From Pseudoalteromonas translucida KMM 520 (GTDB lineage: Bacteria > Pseudomonadota > Gammaproteobacteria > Enterobacterales > Alteromonadaceae), in contig NZ_CP011034.1 in NCBI RefSeq assembly GCF_001465295.1, forward strand, positions 1,560,001 through 1,592,000: a stretch of 32,000 nucleotides of DNA, written 5' to 3'. Position 1 is the first letter of the stretch, and the number at the start of each line of letters is the position of its first letter. The notes beneath the pieces are model-generated. The model did no database searches and was not told the origin of the DNA. It saw only the letters and a program-made list of their open reading frames with translations. A program made the translations under genes and the position numbers. Shown one piece after another: positions 26,644 to 32,000 of this stretch.

Positions 26644-27654
26644 TTAGCCAAACAATTTTTTTCTCACTACTTTACGATACTCACTGGGTGTTTGGTTCAG
26701 TATTTTTCTAAATATTCGCGTTAAATGACCTTGATCGTTATAGCCAACTTCTAACGCTACTTCTTGAATTGATAAATTTGACGAAGCGAGCAGCTCTTTT
26801 GCGCCTTCTACTCGTAACTGTTGCCAATACTCAATAGGGCTTTGGTTGGTAGCTGCTTTAAAGCGCCGTGTAAAAGAGCGATAGCTTAAATTAAACTGCG
26901 CGGCCACATCTTGTAAATTAAGCTCTGTTGCTAAGTTGGTTTTTAACCAAAATTGAATTTGGGCAATTAACTCATCGGGATGGCGGTCAACCGCGCCTTC
27001 AAGATAGCGCTGATCTTCGTAGGGTTTGCGTATTTCGTGGGAAAAATTGCGCTCAACATGCTGCGCTGCAGCTTTGCCATAATACTGGCTAATAATATGC
27101 ACCATTACATCGGCTAGGGCGTTTAGGCTGGCTACGGTATAGAGTCGCTCGGATTGAGTAATAAAAAAGTCAGGCTTTAACAGTACCTTGGGGTAGTCAT
27201 GACTAAATTGTTTAGCGTAATGCCAATGAGTAGTTGCAGGGTGCCCGTCAAGTAACCCAGCCTCTGCTAGTAAACAATTGCCAGTGCCTACGCCTATAAT
27301 ATGGCTGCCATTTGTAAAACTTTGCCCCAGCCAAGTAACTATATTTTGATTAGTGCGTACAACTGGGCGCGGGTTTCGCCAAATACCGGGCACTATTACT
27401 AAATCGCAATTGGGGGTATTGCTGGTGGCGCAATCGGGAAGGATTGCCAAGCCGGTACGATTACTTATTGGTTCATGGTTTTTAGCAACTAAATGAATAG
27501 CGAGTGGCCTAAAGTTTTGTTTATTAATATGGCCTTTTGCAAAAGCTTCGCCCGCTCTCAACATTTCTATAGGAAGGGTTAAACTCGTTATTAATAAGTG
27601 TTGGTAAACAGCAATAGCTATATTTAATGGGGGGTTACTCTGTTTATCAGTCAT
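26644..27654 (-). CDS. GlxA-family (DJ-1/PfpI-like domain + AraC HTH) transcriptional regulator
   Basis: N-terminal class-I amidotransferase-like fold (GVGTGNCLLAEAGLLDGHPATTHW). C-terminal AraC HTH pair (FNLSYRSFTRRFKAATNQSPIEYWQQLR..., VALEVGYNDQGHLTRIFRK). Confidence 0.85.
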   Translation of the reverse strand: MTDKQSNPPLNIAIAVYQHLLITSLTLPIEMLRAGEAFAKGHINKQNFRPLAIHLVAKNHEPISNRTGLAILPDCATSNTPNCDLVIVPGIWRNPRPVVRTNQNIVTWLGQSFTNGSHIIGVGTGNCLLAEAGLLDGHPATTHWHYAKQFSHDYPKVLLKPDFFITQSERLYTVASLNALADVMVHIISQYYGKAAAQHVERNFSHEIRKPYEDQRYLEGAVDRHPDELIAQIQFWLKTNLATELNLQDVAAQFNLSYRSFTRRFKAATNQSPIEYWQQLRVEGAKELLASSNLSIQEVALEVGYNDQGHLTRIFRKILNQTPSEYRKVVRKKLFG

Positions 27655-27782
27655 ATAGATGCTCCGACCAGTTAGGGTTGGCCTTTTATGCTTAATATTT
27701 GGCTATTAAAGCACAAAGCGTGGTGCGTAATCCATTTAAACTAGTGTCATATTCTTATAACACGTTTTTTAAAAGGTAAATT

Positions 27783-29690
27783 ATGACCGCATTACCCGTA
27801 ATTGTAGGCATGGGAGGCATTAATGCCGCTGGCCGTACTTCTTTTCACCAAGGTTACCGCCGTATTGTGTTAGACAGTTTAAATGCACAAGCTCGCCAAG
27901 AAACGTTTTTAGGCCTCGCCACCTTAATGAATTTAGTTAGTGTTGTTGATAATCAACTACAAGACACTCAAGGTAACAATGTTGAGCAAAGCGACATAGA
28001 AGCACGTTTTGGTGAACAAATAATTGCCGGTACGCTTATTCGTAAAATTGAAAACGAACATTTTGATCCAGACGCCACACCATGGCAGCAAAAAATGACG
28101 CTTAATGCATCAGCCGAAAACGCTATTGTGTTTGAAACCCGTGCTCGCGATTTACCACAACCGGTACCTGCAAGCTGGCAGGTAGAGCAGCTGGAAGGTA
28201 AAAAAGTTAAAGTTACTATTGCCGCAGATATAGATGTTAAACACGCTTCAACTCGTGACAACCCGATTAAATCGGCAGGGCAGTTTCCTACAGGGTTTGA
28301 TCCGTCAGTAATGTATAACAGCCGCTATCAGCCACGTGGTCTGCAAGCGACTATTTTTGCTGCTACCGATGCAATAAAATCAACCGGGCTTGATTGGCAA
28401 CATATAATGAATAGCGTAGAGCCAGACAAAATTGGTACTTATTCGGCGTCGGTTATTGGCCAAATGGATGACAAAGGTTTAGGCGGCTTAGTTAAAGCTC
28501 GCCAGCAAGGCGACCGCGTAAGCACTAAGCAATTAGCGCTGGGTTTAAATACTATGTCGACCGACTTTATTAATGCGTATGTAACGGGCAACGTAGGTAC
28601 TACGTTTTCAACATCGGGCGCATGTGCTACGTTTTTATATAACTTACGCGCAGCGGTTAACGATATACAAGCAGGGCGCACCCGCGTTGCTGTGGTAGCA
28701 AGTGTTGAATGTGCTATTACGCCAGAGGTTATAGAAGGCTTTGGTAACATGAGCGCACTGGCAAACGTTGAAGGTTTGCGCCGTTTAGATAACCTAAGTA
28801 ATACAGATGAGCCTGACTATCGTAAAAGTAGCCGCCCATTTGGCGAAAACTGTGGCTTTACGTTAGGTGAAGGTGCACAAGTGGCTATTTTAATGGATGA
28901 TGCTCTAGCACTAGAGTTAGGCGCCGACATTATGGGGTGTGTGCCAGATGTATTTGTAAATGCCGACGGCATTAAAAAGTCGATTACCTCACCAGGGCCT
29001 GGTAACTACATTACTATGGCAAAATCGGCGGCACTGGCAAGTAGCTTATTAGGTAAAGAAGCACTGCAACAGCGCAGCTTTATATTAGCCCATGGTTCAA
29101 GCACGCCATTAAACCGTGTAACCGAGTCATTAATTTATCATAAAGTGGCACAAACCTTTGCTATTGATAACTGGAAAGTAACTGCGCCAAAAGCGTATGT
29201 TGGCCATACTATTGCCCCTGCAAGTGGCGATCAGTTAGCTATAGCACTAGGTGTATTTAGCCACAATATTATGCCTGGTATTACGACTATAGATAAAATA
29301 GCCGACGATGTTTACGCTGATCATTTAGACATTAGAAACAGCCACTATGATTGCGGTGATATGGATATTGCATTTATTAACTCAAAAGGCTTTGGCGGTA
29401 ACAACGCTACCGCTACAGTATTGTCTGCAAAAATAACACTGCAAATGCTTGCCAAGCGCCATGGCAAAAGCGTTATGAATGATTATGCTAATAAAAATGT
29501 GGCTGTAAAAGCAGCGCAGCAAAGCTATCAATCACAAGCTGATTTAGGTCAATACCAACTAATTTATCGTTTTGGTGATGGCTTAATCGATGATAACGAC
29601 ATTGTAATAGATGAGCAAAGCATACACCTTCCTGGCTTTGAAAAAGCGATTGCTTTTAATACAAAAAATCCCTATCAAGACATGTTTTAA
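27783..29690 (+). CDS. fabY: FabY-class beta-ketoacyl-ACP synthase (long KAS I/II-like, 635 aa)
   Basis: The N-terminus MTALPVIVGMGGINAAGRTSFHQGYRR...QARQETF and the length match my recollection of P. aeruginosa FabY (PA5174, 634 aa). Cys-His-His triad context: SGACATFLYN, AHGSSTP, YVGHTIAPASG. FINSKGFGGNNA near the C-terminus. Confidence 0.7.
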   Translation: MTALPVIVGMGGINAAGRTSFHQGYRRIVLDSLNAQARQETFLGLATLMNLVSVVDNQLQDTQGNNVEQSDIEARFGEQIIAGTLIRKIENEHFDPDATPWQQKMTLNASAENAIVFETRARDLPQPVPASWQVEQLEGKKVKVTIAADIDVKHASTRDNPIKSAGQFPTGFDPSVMYNSRYQPRGLQATIFAATDAIKSTGLDWQHIMNSVEPDKIGTYSASVIGQMDDKGLGGLVKARQQGDRVSTKQLALGLNTMSTDFINAYVTGNVGTTFSTSGACATFLYNLRAAVNDIQAGRTRVAVVASVECAITPEVIEGFGNMSALANVEGLRRLDNLSNTDEPDYRKSSRPFGENCGFTLGEGAQVAILMDDALALELGADIMGCVPDVFVNADGIKKSITSPGPGNYITMAKSAALASSLLGKEALQQRSFILAHGSSTPLNRVTESLIYHKVAQTFAIDNWKVTAPKAYVGHTIAPASGDQLAIALGVFSHNIMPGITTIDKIADDVYADHLDIRNSHYDCGDMDIAFINSKGFGGNNATATVLSAKITLQMLAKRHGKSVMNDYANKNVAVKAAQQSYQSQADLGQYQLIYRFGDGLIDDNDIVIDEQSIHLPGFEKAIAFNTKNPYQDMF

Positions 29691-29710
29691 GCACACATTC
29701 TTGTTTGGTA

Positions 29711-29740
29711 AGGCGCTTTTATAGCGCCTTTTTTGTTTTT
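29711..29740 (+). terminator. Rho-independent terminator after the ketosynthase gene
   Basis: AGGCGC-TTTTATA-GCGCCT followed by TTTTTTGTTTTT. Confidence 0.75.
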
Positions 29741-29762
29741 ATGAAGATATAAAATTGAAAAC

Positions 29763-30179
29763 TTATTTAAACTTTTTAATATAGCGCAATGTTATAAAGT
29801 TAATAATGGCTAGTAAAATAGCTATTTCGTAGCGGCTGTAGGCCACCGCAATACCAATTAAACCCATATTCCAAATGCTCGCCGCGGTGGCGGTACCTGA
29901 GGTAGATTGGTTATTTTTTAAAATTGCGCCACCGCCAATAAAGCCGATACCGGTAATGATCCCCTGCAACATTTTTGATTGTGCTTCAGAGGAGTCAAGT
30001 ACAGACAACGCAATTAACGCATAACCACACGATGCCACCGCTACTAGCGGAAAGGTACGCAGCCCCGCCCCATCTTGGCTGCGCTCTCTGTCGTAGGCCA
30101 TTGGCAAAGCAAGTAAATAAGCTATGCCTAAGTGAATCAGGTTATCAACGATTTCGTGCCACTGTAAATCAATTTCCAT
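29763..30179 (-). CDS. MgtC/SapB-family membrane protein (138 aa), paralogue of 24795..25310
   Basis: ITGIGFIGGGAIL and TATAASIWNMGLIGIAVA parallel ITGIGFLGAGVML and TSAATIWVLASIGVMIA in the first copy. Confidence 0.8.
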   Translation of the reverse strand: MEIDLQWHEIVDNLIHLGIAYLLALPMAYDRERSQDGAGLRTFPLVAVASCGYALIALSVLDSSEAQSKMLQGIITGIGFIGGGAILKNNQSTSGTATAASIWNMGLIGIAVAYSRYEIAILLAIINFITLRYIKKFK

Positions 30180-30282
30180 GATCTTGCCTTTTTAGTTAAT
30201 CTTAATAACTAGCTAGCAATCTGTAAGCCATTTATTTAATATTTTAAATTCAGTAATTTAGATTAATCTTAACTTTTATTCT

Positions 30283-31911
30283 GTGAGGCTTGGTAATAGT
30301 TACACTACTATTTTACTTTTTTACCAAAAAGTTAGTTTGATATCGCTTTTAAATATCCGTATTCTTTTACTTATAGTAAAAGATGATTATGTGAACCACT
30401 TGCCTTTAAACAAAGTAATTAATACAGCCACTAAACTTGAAAAAACCGCGTTACTACTGTGCGTTAGCTTATCAGTTGTGGCATTTTTATTTCCGGCATT
30501 ACTTACGGCTCATTTGCAGCCTGTTATTAGCCAACTTTTAAGCTACTTGGGCTCGCCATTTTTTATTTTGGTTAACCTATTACTCTTTATTGTAATTGCC
30601 GTTGCTATAAGCCCGTTAGGGCGGCGTAAAATAGGTGGAGAGCAAGCAAAGGTTGAATTTGCTTTATTTGGCTGGCTCTCTATGCTTTTTGCTGCAGGTA
30701 TGGGCTCGGGCCTCGTTTTTTGGGGAGTAGCAGAGCCTGCACTACACACTATAAACTCACCTTTAAAACAGGGTTTATACCCTAATCCACACACCAGTGG
30801 CTTGGCATTAACTTTAGTTAATTGGGGGGCGCATGCTTGGGCACTTTACGCGGTATTTGGTTTGGTACTTGGCGGGCTTAGCAGTAATAGCGGCAAAGTA
30901 GGCGATATTAGCGCGCCGGTTATAAGTGTGTTTAAAGGTGTTATAAATAAAGACTGGCAAATTAAGCTGGGCTTTGGCATTAAGTTAATTGCTATATTCT
31001 CGATATTTTTTGGGGTGGTTGGCACTATCGCAAACTCTACTTTATTACTGCGTAAAGGCTTGGCGTTAAAGTTAGGTGTTGAATCGGCTTTGTTGTCGGG
31101 GTTTATAATTATTAGTTTAATTGTAGCTTTATATACGTTATCGGCAACTTTGGGGCTTAAAAAAGGGATTCAAACACTCAGTAAGTTTAATATGCTTTTA
31201 GCATTAGCACTTATGGTTTGGCTGCTGTTTTTTGTGCCTATTGAGCCCATTATAAATATAGCTATTGGTGGCACCTGGGATTATTTACAGCTTATTACTA
31301 TAGGAACATGGCAACTTGCCAGCCAGCTAAACGATCCAAAGTGGGCGAATGGCTGGACCTATAATTATTATTTTTGGTGGTTGGCTTGGGGTCCATTTGT
31401 GGGCGTGTTTTTAGCCAAAATAAGTCAGGGTCGCCCGGTGTGGCAATATATTTTAGGTGTTGTTTTAGTACCTACACTGGTTACTATTGTATGGTTTAGC
31501 GTGTTTTCTGGCTCTGCTATAGCCTGGGATGAAGCGCACCAAAGTGGTATTTTACAGGCAATAAAAGCAGATTATACCCAAGGCTTATTTGTATTTTTTG
31601 AGCAATTAGGTTGCCAAGGTGCCGTACTTATTTGGTCTAGCTTATTACTGTTACTTATTTTTGTAGCAACCTCTGCTGATTCTGCCGTTTTGGTTATACG
31701 CCAATTAAGCGGCGCAAATAAAACATATACTTGGAGTTTATACGCTTGGTCGTTTGCATTGGGATTGTGTGCTTACGTATTATTGGTTCAAAATAACGAG
31801 CCTTTAAACCGCAGTGTTGCGATTATTGGTGCATTACCTTTTTTGATTATATTTTTACTGCAATTAATTGGTTTTGTTAAGGAGTTTATAAAAGAGGAAG
31901 TGCATGAGTAA
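30283..31911 (+). CDS. BCCT-family (betaine/carnitine/choline-type) transporter
   Basis: 12-TM-like profile with the BCCT signature region YYFWWLAWGPFVGVFLAKISQGRPV. The true start is uncertain; an in-frame GTG at 30391 (VNHLPLNK...) is an alternative to the track's GTG at 30283. Confidence 0.82.
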   Translation: MRLGNSYTTILLFYQKVSLISLLNIRILLLIVKDDYVNHLPLNKVINTATKLEKTALLLCVSLSVVAFLFPALLTAHLQPVISQLLSYLGSPFFILVNLLLFIVIAVAISPLGRRKIGGEQAKVEFALFGWLSMLFAAGMGSGLVFWGVAEPALHTINSPLKQGLYPNPHTSGLALTLVNWGAHAWALYAVFGLVLGGLSSNSGKVGDISAPVISVFKGVINKDWQIKLGFGIKLIAIFSIFFGVVGTIANSTLLLRKGLALKLGVESALLSGFIIISLIVALYTLSATLGLKKGIQTLSKFNMLLALALMVWLLFFVPIEPIINIAIGGTWDYLQLITIGTWQLASQLNDPKWANGWTYNYYFWWLAWGPFVGVFLAKISQGRPVWQYILGVVLVPTLVTIVWFSVFSGSAIAWDEAHQSGILQAIKADYTQGLFVFFEQLGCQGAVLIWSSLLLLLIFVATSADSAVLVIRQLSGANKTYTWSLYAWSFALGLCAYVLLVQNNEPLNRSVAIIGALPFLIIFLLQLIGFVKEFIKEEVHE

Positions 31912-32000
31912 TGTGCTTTGTTTAACGCCGTATAACGTTAAAATTTAAACTTTGATTTTATTTTACAAGGCCAGCATGCTCTAAATAAGCTTATGAGTAT

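Noticed and set aside
22143-27712. Half-site TGCTTAAT / ATTAAGCA shared between the IR upstream of the ligase operon and an imperfect IR (27688..27712) in the glxA/fabY divergent region, considered as a common operator
   Set aside because: The second IR is imperfect (an extra A and a different spacer). 8-9-mers of this AT-rich composition recur by chance, so the evidence is insufficient without binding data.
201-30794. Antisense or out-of-frame ORFs nested in strong genes: 201..443, 3264..3605, 5546..5842, 5978..6223, 6428..6610, 6938..7309, 7355..7645, 7969..8331, 8374..8766, 9593..9895, 10409..10603, 11057..11290, 11426..11668, 13004..13240, 13411..13824, 14134..14490, 14647..14835, 15313..15528, 15917..16234, 17138..17503, 18384..18647, 19842..20054, 20149..20367, 22612..22812, 23905..24117, 24944..25243, 25415..25612, 26363..26602, 27968..28261, 28439..28750, 29975..30181, 30543..30794
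   Set aside because: Each overlaps a gene with clear family motifs on the other strand or in another frame. The translations are low-complexity or Ser/Pro/Cys-rich with no recognisable motifs. These are typical shadow ORFs.

Overview
This is a chromosomal segment from an AT-rich marine gammaproteobacterium. It looks Pseudoalteromonas/Alteromonadales-like, but that is only my impression from codon usage and gene content. All product calls come from motifs read in the supplied translations; no searches were run. In order, the window holds: a small membrane ORF and a TRIC-family channel; an Entner-Doudoroff block (LacI-type regulator <-> glk, a second LacI-type regulator, edd-eda-gap) tied together by three copies of the palindrome TGACACCGGTGTCA; a cytosolic LRR + protein-kinase fusion; a YebC-family protein; an M13 lipoprotein peptidase; an Atm1-like ABC exporter; a signal-peptide ORF whose C-terminus matches the VemP translation-arrest motif, directly upstream of a yajC-less secD-secF pair; a GreA/GreB-like gene. 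Next comes a ~2.4 kb more AT-rich islet carrying a GFA-family gene and a decayed IS110-family transposase. It is bracketed by two REP doublets, and the inner REPs form 42-nt direct repeats. After that: a translationally coupled operon of an RLAN/RimK-type ATP-grasp ligase, a GNAT-papain-like (C39-type) peptidase fusion and an MgtC-family membrane protein; a GAF-EAL protein; a GlxA/AraC regulator divergent from a 635-aa FabY-class ketosynthase; a second MgtC paralogue; and a BCCT transporter. No rRNA, tRNA or CRISPR was seen. The strongest leads are the RimK/GNAT-peptidase/MgtC operon (no experimentally defined product that I know of), the VemP-like arrest peptide with an anti-SD/SD pairing, the REP-targeted islet, and a 29-nt exact copy of coding sequence sitting between two REPs.
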